DNA of 64,000 nt. Origin: Octopus vulgaris (taxonomy: Eukaryota). The stretch spans positions 102,858,001-102,922,000 of the forward strand of contig OX597818.1 in assembly GCA_951406725.2 (NCBI GenBank). The letters run 5' to 3'. This document shows, one piece after another, positions 1 through 13,068 of this stretch. A program made the translations under genes and the position numbers. Under the pieces are notes generated by a model. The model saw only the letters and a program-made list of their open reading frames with translations, made no database searches and had not been told where the DNA came from. Within the stretch, counting starts at the first letter, position 1, and each line of letters opens with the position of its first letter.

Positions 1-812
1 GCTGGTAGGTGACGCCACTCTTCCCGCGCAAGATTGAAATTTTTTGCGCCGGTATGCCCCATCAGTTTCAGGCTGTAAGACCTAGAATACAGATTTGTAG
101 TGTGTGCTCGTCAGATTTTCATTTTCCCGCAAGATGACCAAAAGCATCGAATAGACATATGCCGTAAAGTTTTTGCAAAAAGCTTATTGATACTCAAATT
201 AAACCATCCAGAAGATTCAGCAGGACTTTGGCGATGATACTATGGGCAAAACTCAGATCAAGGAGCTGTACAACCGTTTCAAACATGGTTGCACCTCAGT
301 GGGGAGTGAGGCACGCTCAGGCAGGCCATCCACAAGCAGATACGAGGAACCGATTGAGAAAGTTCGGTGAATAGTCATGGGACACAGTTACGTGACAATC
401 CAGGAAATTACTCACGAAGTGGGAACATGTATGCTCCCTTTTAACGGGGGATTTTCGTGTTGCGGAGATTGTCGGTGAACGCACCACATAGTCCATGTTT
501 TCCTGGTCAAGAACTACACACCATTTGTTCAACAGGTCCTCTACTTACCCCTTACGGCACTGTGTGACTTCTGGCTCTTCACACAAACTGAAAACGACGC
601 TGAAAGGGAAGCGATTTGAGTCTCTAGAGGAAGTTAAGAGAAAATTGACGGCGGAGCTCCATAGCATTCCAGGGATGACGTTCCAGAGATGTTACCAGCA
701 GTGGCAGAACCGCTGGCAGAAGTATGTGAACTCCCAAGGGCAGTAGTTTGAAGGTGATTAGATAAAAATTGTGAAATGTTAAAATTGTTGGATACCTTTT
801 GAGCGCATCTCG
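1..812 (+). mobile_element. Decayed, internally deleted Tc1/mariner transposon
   Basis: HTH remnants (FGDDTMGKTQIKELYNRFK...RSGRPSTS) and C-terminus (LKTTLKGKRFESLEEVK...WQKYVNSQGQ*FEGD*); right TIR ...GATACCTTTTGAGCGCATCTCG followed by TA. The left end may lie outside the window. Confidence 0.9.
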
Positions 813-1391
813 TATGTTTCCTTTTGAAGACAGATATAATTCGATGAATGTTTGGTTGATATTATTTACAAATCAAGCGACTATTTGACGATTCCTCTGT
901 AGCTTGACCTTTCTTTTATTGTTGCGTTCTGTAGCATTTTCCCAAGCATCCTTCGGAAGAAAGCGCTAAAGGATCCTAGGATACTTCAAAAGAGAGCATT
1001 ATGTTTCTGCTAAAGTCCATTGGCTATCCTACTAGCTGTTGTATATTCATGCCGGCAAACTTCAACAAGATGTTTCATAATAGCTGCTGATTTTGTTTCG
1101 TTGATGGATATGTGACTCAAATGTTGCAATCCAGGTTTTATATGTTACTACAGATGTAAATCTTCGGTTTAGCGTTAATATAAGAATATATGCATCTATG
1201 TATGTATCTACGTGCTACCATTCCTTGAGCAACTCTACGCCTTTTAAATTTTAATATTGTCTAACAAATATTTAATATCCCTGATATGATTATTATCTGA
1301 AGTTTATGAAATATAGGACGGCATTATATCTGCAAGGAGAAAAATCCAGGCGGGCTGGGAAGTAATCTGTTGCTCTACAGTCATATAGTAT

Positions 1392-1680
1392 ACTTACTTG
1401 TACTTGTGGCGACATTCACCCTGGGCGGGTTGAGTCGGCTTCTTCTAGCACCCTCGAGGCATCTTGAACCATGGCAACCCACTGCGCCAGTTCACTGGAG
1501 ATAGCGAGCCAGTCATGGTTCCATCGGCGCAGGCCGACCACCTACGTAGTGTCTGTTTCGGCAACCGGCGGCTCCTCGGTCGTTCTGTCCCTGCGTCTGC
1601 GGACAATCTGCAGCAAACAAGATGTCTCTACATGCGGGATTGTTGGGGACCGCTTGTAAATTCCATATTCCCACGAAACT
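1392..1680 (-). mobile_element. 3' fragment of an RTE-like LINE with (CAAGTA)n tail
   Basis: GC-rich; its terminus TACTTGTACTTGTGGCGACATTCACC...GGGTTGAGTCGGCTTCT matches the copy at 37960. Confidence 0.6.
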
Positions 1681-2477
1681 TCTATGAATTCTCAATGGCA
1701 CTACTAAATACAGTCATATAGTATGCTTATGTATTATTATATCAAGCACAATTCTTCCTCATTGGTTGTAAAATTTATTAACAATTGCCCATATATATTT
1801 GTTAAGGTTTGCTTAGATTAGTCTAGTTGTAATTAGCTCGTCTTCAAATGATACAATAGATTGCTAATTGTAAATCTTTACTCGTTTAATTATTGTTTTC
1901 ACCACAGTGGCGGTTGTAAGAATCATAAACTTTGCTCGCTCATGTGTAACTTGACCATCTTATTGATTTCTGAAGTTGAAACCATAACATCATTAGTCAG
2001 GAATTTCCAACTGCTACTGAACTGATGCGAAAATGAAATAAGAAAAGGCTTCTATTCAATCGCACAATGAAGGATTGCCGCAAATGCTTGCTTAAGAATA
2101 CGTGCCGGTATTCATCAATAAGAACGAACAACAAATTATGGAGTAGGCAACTTTTAATGAATATGTGTATTGTATAAAATCGTGTTCAAGTCGATTCGTG
2201 AATATATGGTTTCACAAAAGATACATTTAATATTCAAAGACAATTAGTAGGGCATCAATTAGGATTTTAAAGTTAAGGTTTCAATCTCAAAACGACCTTC
2301 TTTCATATGATCTAATATGAATATAGAGCTCAGAGCGAGATAAATCAAAGCGCAGAACAATTCGCAAATATAAGTATTGACAGTATTCGACAACTGACGA
2401 GAACTTATTAAAACTTAACAGATAATAAACGTCACATATCATAGAATCCATACAGCTTTATCTTCTCTACATAGAAA

Positions 2478-2650
2478 GTGGTGGTGGTGGTGGTGGTGGT
2501 GGTGGTAGTATTCGTCGTCGTGAAGGAGGAGGATAACGACGATGGTGATGATGATGGTGGTGATGAAGATGGTAATGATGGTGGTGATGGTGATGATGGT
2601 GGTGATAGTGGTAATGGTGATGGTGATGATGGTGGTGATGATGAAGGTGG

Positions 2651-2726
<76 letters not shown>

Positions 2727-2875
2727 GGTGATGGTGGTGATGCTGATGATGGTGATGGTGATGATGATGATGGTGGTGGTGGTGGTGATGATGATGATGA
2801 GGAGGAGGAGGTGGGAGGTGCTGCGGGTGAAGATGACGATATGATGGTTATGATGACGATTAGTCCGACTAAGCT
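2478..2875. repeat. (GAT/GGT)n trinucleotide microsatellite
   Basis: Direct reading. Confidence 0.98.
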
Positions 2876-3308
2876 ATGATCGATCAGTTCGATACACAAA
2901 ATCCTTCCAGTCCTTAACATCATGTCTTTTTTTTTAAATATGATTGTTTAATGTTCAACGAATCCTTTATTTTATAAGCTAATTGACTGGTTTCAGGGAA
3001 ATTTAACAACTCTAACACATCGTGGGACCGCGCAGTCACTTCACCGTTGTGAAAATACAAAGAACTTGTAGTTCTTGTGTAATCCTAGGAATCCTTATTT
3101 ATTCCATTTATCTTCATCTTTTCTTTTTTTCTCTCATAAAGTTGACCAAATATTTTATACGATTCATAAAGACACCAATCACCAAATTGTGTTAATCGAA
3201 TTCATTTAATATAAATAAAGACCCTATGTAAGCTCTCAGTGCCACATTATTCAGTGTACTTTTAGAAATGTTTATGTGAGTGTATATGTATCCGCATTGT
3301 TGTTATTA

Positions 3309-3878
3309 TTTGTTCCTTCTCGAGCCACGCCTGGCTCATTAAGGGCCAGTTTCCTGGTTCCCTTGGCGTATAGGTTCCCCACCTGGACGGGACGCCGGTC
3401 CGTCGCAGGAAATAAATGTTCCTTCTCAAGCCATGCCAGGCTCATAAGGGCCGGTTTCCCGGTTCCCTTGGCGTCTAGGTTCCCCACGTGGACGGGACGC
3501 CGGTCCGTCGCAGGAAATAAATGTTCCTTCTCAAGCCATGCCAGGCTCATAAGGGCCGGTTTCCCGGTTCCCTTGGCGTCTAGGTTCCCCACGTGGACGG
3601 GACGCCGGTCCGTCCCAGGAAATAAATGTTCCTTCTCGAGCCATGCCAGGCTCATAAGGGCCGGTTTCCCGGTTTCAGTGGCGTAGAAATTCCCCACCTG
3701 GACGGGACGCCGGTCCGTCGCGGGATTACTCATTTTTGCCAGCTGAGTGGACTGGAGCAACGTGAAAAATGAAGTGTTTTGCTCAAGAACACAACGCATC
3801 GCCCAGTCCAGGAATCGAAACCACAACCTTACGATCATGAGTTCAACACCCTAACCGCTAAGCCACGTGCATCCACAT
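3309..3878 (-). mobile_element. tRNA-derived SINE with a 4x 105-bp tandemly repeated 3' module
   Basis: tRNA-like head with A/B boxes at ~3805-3878; units start near 3312, 3417, 3522 and 3627; single-module relative at 8000-8250. Confidence 0.9.
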
Positions 3879-4344
3879 ATGTAACCGCATACATAGACAA
3901 AACTCCACCTTTATAAATCGATAAAACGCTAGACTAACAACAAAGTATATTTAACGTTCACGTAGACGATGTCTTTTGTGAGTCTGCTCTGTGGCAGAAG
4001 TGCTATGGCTTGTTACAGTAAGAATGCATCTGATGAAAAGGCTCTGAATAAGTGATAAGATTCCGCACTAGCACTCTGCTGTGCACAGTCCCTATGTAGA
4101 CGAAACAGCTTATGAAGCTAATTGCATACCACTTATTCTTTCGTATGCGTTAATTAACTTTACGCCTTACACTGATCTTCTGTCCTGGCCGGTATACGTC
4201 AATGAATTCACACCTTCCCCTCGCCGCTGCATAGAAATACTTTGCATTCAAGATATACGGCATGATAATGATAATTTTTACAGTGATACTCTAAAGACCT
4301 AAATATTTGTGGAACACGTCATTCCCAATTACTGTGCCAATGTG

Positions 4345-4665
4345 ACGGCGCATGGCTTAGTTGTTAGGGACATTCGGTTCATGATCGTAAGGTCGTGAGT
4401 TCAATTCCCGGCGACGCGTTTGTGTCCTTGAGCAAGACACTTTATTTCACATTACTCCAGTCCACTCGGCTGGCAAAAATGAGTAGTACCTGTATTTCAA
4501 AGGGCCAGCCTTGTCACACACTGTGCCACGCTGATACTCCCCGAGAACTACGTTAAGGGTACAAGTGTTTGTGGAGTGCTCAGCCACTTACACGTTAATT
4601 TCACGAGCAAGCTTTTCCGTTGATCGTATCAGCTGGGACCCTCGTCGCAACCGACGGAGTGCTCC
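4345..4665 (+). mobile_element. tRNA-derived SINE
   Basis: GGCTTAGT...GTTCAATTCCC A/B boxes; relatives at 14670-14950 (-) and 15160-15325 (-). Confidence 0.85.
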
Positions 4666-5134
4666 TATACTATATCAATAGGTTACAAATACTTGCCGGT
4701 TTTTTGTATGCATTATATGAATCTTCTACCTATTTGCGCCAGCAAAAACAGCAACTGAATTATTTTTGTAGGGATATTACTCCTCATTACTAAGACACCT
4801 GCATGAAAATAAAACCGTTGTTTACATAGCAAATGAACTCTAGAAATATAAAGCAACAGCTGACGTTGTTTTCCCAAGGATCTTTCGAAAACCTTACAGA
4901 ACTCAACAACAAAAGACATATCCAGTCACAGGAAGGTCTCTATGTAGTAGTCCGATCTGCTAACAACTACAGGCAAATATTCATCATGTCACACCCCACT
5001 GACTTAAAAATGGCGGGAGACATATGTATCTAAGATACCAGACTCCTGGATATAATTATATCGTAATCAAAGACATTGATAATCAATCCGACCTTACTGA
5101 ACTGTCCTTTTATAAAAGATGTTGAAACCGGATC

Positions 5135-5830
5135 ATTCTTATTTCTTTATTACCCACAAGGGGCTAAACACAGAGGGGACAAACAAGGACAGACAAACGG
5201 ATTAAGTCGGTTACATCGACCCCAGTGCGTAACTGGTACTTTATTTATCGACACCGAAAGGATGAAAGGCAAAGTCAACCTTGGCGAAATTTGAACTCAG
5301 AACGTAACGGTAGACGAAATACCTACTTCTTTAGTACCCACAAAGGGCTAAACACAGAGAGGACAAAAAAGGACAGACAAACAGATTAAGTCGATTATAT
5401 CGACTCCAGTGCGTAACTGGTACTTATTTAATCGACCCCGAAAGGATGAAGGGCAAAGTCGACCTCGGCGGAATTTGAACTCAGAATGTAGCGGCAGACG
5501 AAATACCGCCCAGCATTTCGCCCGTCCTGCTAACGTTTCTGCCAGCTCGCCGCCGAGATCATTCTGATCTCTTTCATGTATTATACAGCGTTTCCTGAAC
5601 TATATTATTTTATTTTGGATACGTCTAGGGCACAATCGTTAGCAGACCAGACAAAATGCTGAGCGACATTTCTTCCGGCTTTACGTTCTGTGTTCAAATT
5701 CCACTGATGTCGACTTTACTTTTCATCTTTTCTGGGTCGATGAAATAAGTTTCAGTTGAGTACGGGGATCAATATCATTGTCTAGACCCCCTTCTCCGAA
5801 ATTTCAGGTGTTGTGCATATAGTAAAAAGA
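5135..5830. mobile_element. Cluster of tandem SINE copies (family with GAGTTCAAATTCCGCCGAGGTCGACTTTGCCTTTCATCCTTTCGGGGTCG core)
   Basis: Two ~180-bp minus-strand modules plus an older plus-strand copy. Same family at 18005-18495, 22040-22795, 32535-32705, 35265-35445, 45530-45710, 47185-47400, 50195-51370, 55745-56805 and 59470-60700. Confidence 0.9.
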
Positions 5831-6351
5831 AAAATGATTTTTGATACGCGTATTTCATTGCCTTTTTAAAGAAAGTACCTAATAATTGCGATTTCTAACT
5901 GAACAAACAACATGCATTTGTAGTAATGCTACGCGAGCTCATGTAGATGTCTTTATACGGTTGCTTGACTACGAGAAATAGAGCCAAATGATCTTCATAC
6001 CGAAGCTTTCTGTCTTTAAAATAAACACGTTTACTTATGTAAGTCTGTACACAATATATCCAACAGGAACAACGCGACTACGACAGGTTTAGGCTTGGGT
6101 TAAACGGACAACACCCACACGATATTTGAGACAAGAAATTGTAATTACATCAGCGTTACAAGTTAGATAACAGCAACTACAGCAACGATAATAATAATAC
6201 GTATATACTAATATTTTGCAGAAGAAACAGAGTCGTTCAAGGGCCGAGAGTTATTCTGTTGTTTCGGCCAAATATTAATTAAAAAGAAAATATGCATATA
6301 CTCATATTTTGAGCTCTAATTTTCCTCTGTGTGTGTATATATATATATATA

Positions 6352-6895
6352 TATACTTTGATACTTTGATACTTTGATAGGTTTCGGCCATTATTGGCCC
6401 AGTCTAACTTAATAGCATCACCTGGTGAAGTCCTTCAAGTCAGAATTTGGGCACTATGGCCCACTCAAGTAGAGAGTTATTGTTTACAGACATATCCGGG
6501 TGTAGGGGGTTTATCCGGGATTTCTTGAAGGAATCTGTCCAAAGACTTCTTGAACCCTATAGGGTCTGTTTCTGTTTTAATGTGTTTTGGTGTAATGTTA
6601 AAGAGAGCGGGGCCAATTGAGGTGAAATAATTGTGCCGTATTGTTGTTATGAGATGAGAGTGCGATTTTTGTTTTGGGCGGATGGCACGGGGCCCAAGTC
6701 TTGGATGTACCTTAAAGGTGATGCCAACATCATTTGGGCAATGCTGATGGAATATTTTCTACATCAGGCAGATGATGTAGCGCTCACGGCGACGTTGGAG
6801 AGAATAAACTTTTAGCTTTTCTAGTCGACCCCAATAGTCGAGGCCTGTCATGCCATCTATCTTTTTTGTGATTGCCCTTTGAGGTGCTTCAACTT
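6352..6895 (-). mobile_element. 3' end of a CR1/L2-like LINE
   Basis: Frameshifted remnants EAPQRAITKKIDGMTGLDYWGRLEKL and FKKSLDRFLQEIPDKPPTPGY; (TATCAAAG)n tail at 6352-6380. Confidence 0.85.
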
Positions 6896-6923
6896 TTATG
6901 ATACTTTTATGATACTTTTATGA

Positions 6924-6963
<40 letters not shown>

Positions 6964-6992
6964 GCAAAATAAGCAACAGGAATGACTCCGGT

Positions 6993-7079
6993 AATTTAGT
7001 ACGATCGTTTCGTACTACATCATTTTATTAAATGTTGTACTACAACAGTTTTAAAATGCTGAGCACTCATCAGCCAATT
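6993..7079 (-). ncRNA. Type I hammerhead ribozyme motif
   Basis: AATTGG-CTGATGA-GTGCT...AGTAC-GAAAC-GATC-GTA-CTAAATT; palindromic stem III (ACGATCGT); long stem II. Confidence 0.8.
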
Positions 7080-7086
7080 ATAGAGG

Positions 7087-7157
<71 letters not shown>

Positions 7158-7220
7158 ATTACACCGTTATTTAAATATCGAACTTATCAAGTGGCCAGCA
7201 TGGGAATAATTATTATTAAA

Positions 7221-7456
7221 ATTATAATTTAGGGCATCTAAGAGATACCACCACGCTTGAAATAGCAGCCAAAACTTGACTCTAAAACCACATTAAAAGT
7301 TTATACAGGACCAGGAGAGAAGACAAAAGGACATAATGAACTAGAAAAAGAAAATTTGTCGTCTCTCCTGGTGCTGTATGAACTTTTAATTTGGTTTCAG
7401 AGTCAAGTTTTGGCTGGTATTTCAAGCGTGGTGGTATCTCTTAGATGCCCTAATTA

Positions 7457-7536
<80 letters not shown>

Positions 7537-7616
7537 ACCACGCTTGAAATAGCAGCCAAAACTTGACTCTAAAACCAAATTAAAAGTTCATACAGCACCA
7601 TGAGAGAAGACAAATT

Positions 7617-7617
<1 letters not shown>
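7221..7617. repeat. Foldback (~105-bp arms at 7221-7327 and 7354-7460) plus a third partial copy at 7533-7617, between (TA)n tracts
   Basis: The arms are reverse complements with a few mismatches. Confidence 0.9.
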
Positions 7618-7659
<42 letters not shown>

Positions 7660-7820
7660 TTAAATGGCTAAAAAACCACTAAGTGGTCAGCTGTATGCTA
7701 GAAGTAGATCACCAACGATCAAACTACAAAGAAAAGAATTTTCTCTAGAGAAAAATTCAGCGGACACCAGAACAATATGCGGGCAAGACAGATGAAAATT
7801 ATATAAAAAACAAGAATTAC

Positions 7821-7896
7821 TCGCAGACCGACGGTTTCGCCTATTAACGAATGAATCACTGACGTAATCCCTCGTCCATAGGGATCGTCAGTACGA
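7821..7896 (-). ncRNA. Type I hammerhead ribozyme motif (GTC triplet, base of stem II mismatched)
   Basis: TCGTA-CTGACGA-tcCCTATGGACGAGGGATTAC-GTCA-GTGATTCATTCGTTAATAGGc-GAAAC-CGTCG-GTC-TGCGA. Confidence 0.7.
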
Positions 7897-7999
7897 TCGT
7901 TCCACAAATAATATAATTTGTAAAACTAACCACCAGTTTTCCGTATAAAAGCAGACACGTGCTTAGTTTCACCGATTACATTGGGGTTAATTTCAAGTG

Positions 8000-8261
8000 T
8001 GTGGAAACGCGTGACTTAGTGGTTAGGGTGTCAGCACCATGATCGTAAGATTGTGGTTTCGATTCCTGAACCGGGAGACGTGTTGTGTTCTTGAGCAAAA
8101 CACTTCATTTCACGTTGCTCCAGTCCACTCAGCTGGCAAAAATGAGTAACACTGCGATGAACTGGCGTCCCGTCCAGCTTGGGAACACATACGCCATAGA
8201 AACCGGGAAACCGGGCCCATGAGCCTGGCTAGTCTTTAAAAGGGCGCATTTATTTTATTTT

Positions 8262-8262
<1 letters not shown>
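8000..8262 (+). mobile_element. tRNA-derived SINE
   Basis: A/B-box head; same family as 3309-3878. Confidence 0.88.
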
Positions 8263-8293
<31 letters not shown>

Positions 8294-8789
8294 TGTATGT
8301 ATGTATGTATGTATGTATGTATGTATGTATGTATGCATGCACGTATCGGCCTAACAGGCCAAGCTTAATATCAAAATATCTAATATATTGGTATTCTGAA
8401 TAGTAAAAGATGGACGGACGTACCACAAACCGGTATACATATATAAACTGCTTTTAAAGGCAATGACAAAAATGTGGAACTGTTTAATACGATCGTATTT
8501 AAAGGATTTAGTGGCGGATGAAGTAGCGGAGACAAAACATTAATGTAGGTAACGCAAGCGTTACTTTCAGCCAACTTTCTGATCATTTATCGATGGTTTG
8601 CGGTGTGAAAGGGCACCGAAATGAAAGGTTCTCTAAGACGAGGTCAGGCTATTTGGCAATCAGGCTATGACCGTTGAAGAGGAATAAGCAGATGAATCTA
8701 GACAAGATAGATATGGTCAGGTGATTAACCACTTCTGTTTGTTTCTAAAATGTTCAAAGCAGGAAGTGTGCGACATTTGTACGTGTATG

Positions 8790-9558
8790 TGTTTATTCCA
8801 ATAACATTCATGGACATACACACATTTATGCTTGTACATAAATACATACATACGTACATACGTACAGAATTGTGTTTCCATATGTGTGTGGAGCAAGGTA
8901 TAAACACACATACAGATATAAATTTATAAACATGTTTATATAAAAACACAAACATAACATTTATAAGCACACAAATACACACGCACATACACACACACAC
9001 ACATACACATACACTCACACATACACATATTCGTGATTAGAGGTATATGTATGTGTATATGTCTCACTCAATATATACCTTTACATAAGCATACATGCGC
9101 AGACAACCTTGTAAATACGTATGTCTATATTAGGATGTACGTATGTATATACATCAAATTATAAGTACAAATGTATGTGTGTGAACATATTTACACATAC
9201 AGACACACGCACACACATACATACATACATACATACATACATACATACATACATACACACACATAATACATTCATGATTGTGTGCATACGTGCACTTTTG
9301 AATCTGTTTTGTAAGTATACATAGTTATATAACCAAGTATGCACGTGTGTATGTGTGCGTGCGTGTGTACATATATAAAGACACAAGAATATATACATAA
9401 ATATATATATATATATCTGCATGTATGTATGTGTCTATATGTATATATATATATATATGTGTATGTATGTTTCTATGTGTACATATATATATATGTGTGT
9501 GTGTGTGTGTGTATGTGTGTATGTATGTATGTATCTATGTATGTATGTATGTACATAC

Positions 9559-9627
<69 letters not shown>

Positions 9628-9765
9628 CATATATATATATGTATATATATATACGTACATATGCGAAACGTGATCGATGGTGTGATAAATTCATTAATAC
9701 ATAGTTGCAGAAAAAGAGGTGTAGGAACAGATAAACGTATATACATACATACATACATACATACA

Positions 9766-9798
<33 letters not shown>

Positions 9799-10211
9799 GC
9801 ATATGTATATATATATATATACACACACAGAAAGTGATAGTGAGGAGCGACTTGGCCATATAGGCGTGGTGTGCGTATGTCTGTGTTTGACTGGCTCTGT
9901 TTGTCAATATGTGTTTTAAATGGTAGTGAGCAGTTAATGTATCTTTCCAAGTGAGAGAAAGTCGATTGAAAAATTGTTCTGCTCCAACAGATTAATTATC
10001 TTACGGGTGAACATACATTTTTATGTGAAGATACTGAATATACTAGATAAATTGATTACAACTGAGCGTACTTCCTGATGTCTGTGTCTGCGTAGTGTAC
10101 ACACACACACACACACACGTACACACGTACACACACACTCATGAGAACGCACACACACGTGCACGTATATACACGCAATTACAAATGTATCGAAAGGTCT
10201 AAGTCAAGTGG

Positions 10212-10258
<47 letters not shown>

Positions 10259-10387
10259 ATACACAAACATATACACAGACTCGCACACACACACATACAA
10301 ACAGACATATATGTATATACACGTATGTATGTATACATATATTTACATGTACTTAAAACATTACGTGCACATATGCTGTTATATATG

Positions 10388-10419
<32 letters not shown>

Positions 10420-10436
10420 ATATATATAAATATACG

Positions 10437-10488
<52 letters not shown>

Positions 10489-10780
10489 TATATATATTTT
10501 TACGCATATATATACATACATATGTATGTATGCATATATATATACATATATATATACATATATATATATACATACATATATATATATATACATATGTATG
10601 TATGTATGTATATATGAATGGCCACAAGTTACCACTTCTACATCGTTATGTGTCCCTATGTATATGTACAGACGCACGTATGTGAGTATATAGTGAGTAT
10701 ATATAGTATATATGTGTGTTGGCTAGTACTTGTATGTGTATGTGTCCGTTCGTGTGCGTGTGTGTGTGTGTCTGTGTGTT
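8790..10780. repeat. Compound (TA)n/(CA)n/(TACA)n microsatellite field
   Basis: Direct reading; explains the YI/CV/HT-rich ORFs. Confidence 0.95.
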
Positions 10781-11079
10781 TGAGCTGACGTGAAGAAATA
10801 TTCAAACGTATTAATTACTAAACTGCTGGCATTTGTTTTATGAGTTCAAATTCTGGTATTCCTAAACGGAACATTAAATTCTGTAGCAAGAGATTTCTCT
10901 AATATTGCTTCAGAACACAAGAATTTCTTTGTTAAAAGGACATTGCTTTCTAGAGACTAACGTGGTGTACGTATACAAGATATATATTTTTTTTTCCACA
11001 AACATAAATACCAGATTTGAATGTGCTGAAATATCAATATCTGAATATATATATAAGTGTGGGGGGGTGTATAGATATA

Positions 11080-11507
11080 CAGGTGTAAGAGTGGCTGTGA
11101 GGTAAGTAGCTTGCTTGCCAGCCACATGGTTCCGGGTTCAATCCCACTGCGTGCCATCTTGGGCAAGTGTCCTCTACTATAGCCTCGGGCCGACCTAAGC
11201 CTTGTGAATGGATTTGGTAGACGGAAACTGAAAGAACCCCGTCGCATATATGTATATATGTATATATCTATATATGTACGTGTATATATATATATGTTTG
11301 TGTGTCTGTGTTTGTCCCTCCAACATCGCTTGACAACCGATGCTGGTGTGTTTATGTCCCCGTAACTTAGCGGTTCGGCAAAACAGCCCGATAGAATAAG
11401 CACTAGACTTACAAAGAATAAGTCCTGGGGTCGATTTGCTCGACTAAAGGCGGTGCTCCCGCATGGCCACACTCAAATGACTGAAACATGTGAAAGAGTA
11501 AAGAGTA
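11080..11507 (+). mobile_element. tRNA-derived SINE with an internal microsatellite and (AAAGAGT)n tail
   Basis: Head GTGGCTGTGAGGTAAG...GGTTCAATCCC. Relatives at 17009-17290, 19570-19700, 23975-24810, 33088-33430, 44990-45222, 46310-46680, 49540-49870, 51620-52040, 52701-53165 and 54630-54850. Confidence 0.9.
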
Positions 11508-11518
11508 ATATATGTGTG

Positions 11519-11750
11519 TAGAGGTTTGGTCAAAAGTCACCCGACAGTAAATCAAATGTCCATAAATAGTATCTGTAATTCTTTATTGACTCGAATGGAA
11601 AATGTGTCACTCAAGAAGGACTTTAGTTTGAACAATTTCCATGATGTTTCATATTTAGATGTTATTACTAAATTCATTCAGTTGTTAAACATAATTCTCG
11701 GAATTAAATAGTTTTGATTTACTGTTGAGTGATTTTTGTCCAAACCTGTA
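11519..11750. mobile_element. Tc1/mariner-type MITE
   Basis: Imperfect TIRs AGGTTTGGTCAAAAGTCACCCGACAGTAAATCAAA / TTTGATTTACTGTTGAGTGATTTTTGTCCAAACCTG, TA-flanked. Confidence 0.75.
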
Positions 11751-11791
11751 CATACATACATACATACGTACATACATACAAACATAAAGAT

Positions 11792-11929
<138 letters not shown>

Positions 11930-12023
11930 CAAGTAGAAAGATAAATTTTATTCAGCACGTAAATTCTGAACTGTATATATATATATATATATATATAGGA
12001 TAAAATCCTTTTATTTAATCCTG

Positions 12024-12065
<42 letters not shown>

Positions 12066-12462
12066 CGCCATACTTATATGGCAGTCTTATAAATATAAGA
12101 CTGCCATATAAGTATGGCGATAACTATTAATTTCCAGTAACGCTGCCGTAATCTCCTTTAGAGAGACTTAGTAATTTTAATATTTCTATTATATATATAT
12201 ATATATATATATATTTATAATTAATCAATATAGGGTGGCAAAAAAAAAAAAAAAAAAAAAAATTTTTTAGAATTCTTTTGCCACCACCGGCCTAGTGGGA
12301 AAAAATTAAATAATGAATAAACCATTTTTAAGTTCAACATCACAATCAAGGAACGGCCATAATAGGCCATTCACCCACTAGAAATAACAGCCAAAAGCTT
12401 TAACCGCAAAATAACATCAATTCCGTAAACCAGGAGAAAATTAAAAAACATTTACCCTGTAA

Positions 12463-12567
12463 TTTCTTATACGATGCACCGTTTCATCTACTGTTTAATG
12501 GTAAACTAACCTGATTAAATTAAATCAAGCCAATCTACCATAGGCCCTTAGATTCATCAGTAAGAAA
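12463..12567 (-). ncRNA. Type I hammerhead ribozyme (array copy 1)
   Basis: Reverse complement of 13761-13865. Confidence 0.88.
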
Positions 12568-12963
12568 TAGCCAAGTCGGAACAGATATTTTTCACGAGGC
12601 ATTCCCGTTGCTGCCTCGGCAATATCTGACCTAAAATTTTCAAATCGTCGCACTCGGCCAAATTTATCGGCAGCAAATAAATATAAGCCGCCGATTCCAT
12701 TACGGAATTAACCAGAAAATTCATAATTAATCAATATAGGGTGGCAAAAAAAAAAAAAAAAAAAAATTGTAGAATTCTTTTGCCACCAGCGGCCTAGTGG
12801 GAAAAAATTAAATAGTCATAAACCATTTTTAAGTTCAACATCACAATCAAGGAACGGCCATAATAGGCCATTCACCCACTAGAAATAACAGTCAAAAGCT
12901 TTAACCGCAAAATAACATCAATTCCGTAAACCAGGAGAAAATTAAAAAACATTTACCCTGTAA

Positions 12964-13068
12964 TTTCTTATACGATGCACCGTTTCATCTACTGTTTAAT
13001 GGTAAACTAACCTGATTAAATTAAATCAAGCCAATCTACCATAGGCCCTTAGATTCATCAGTAAGAAA
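12964..13068 (-). ncRNA. Type I hammerhead ribozyme (array copy 2)
   Basis: Reverse complement of 13761-13865; 501 nt from copy 1. Confidence 0.88.
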
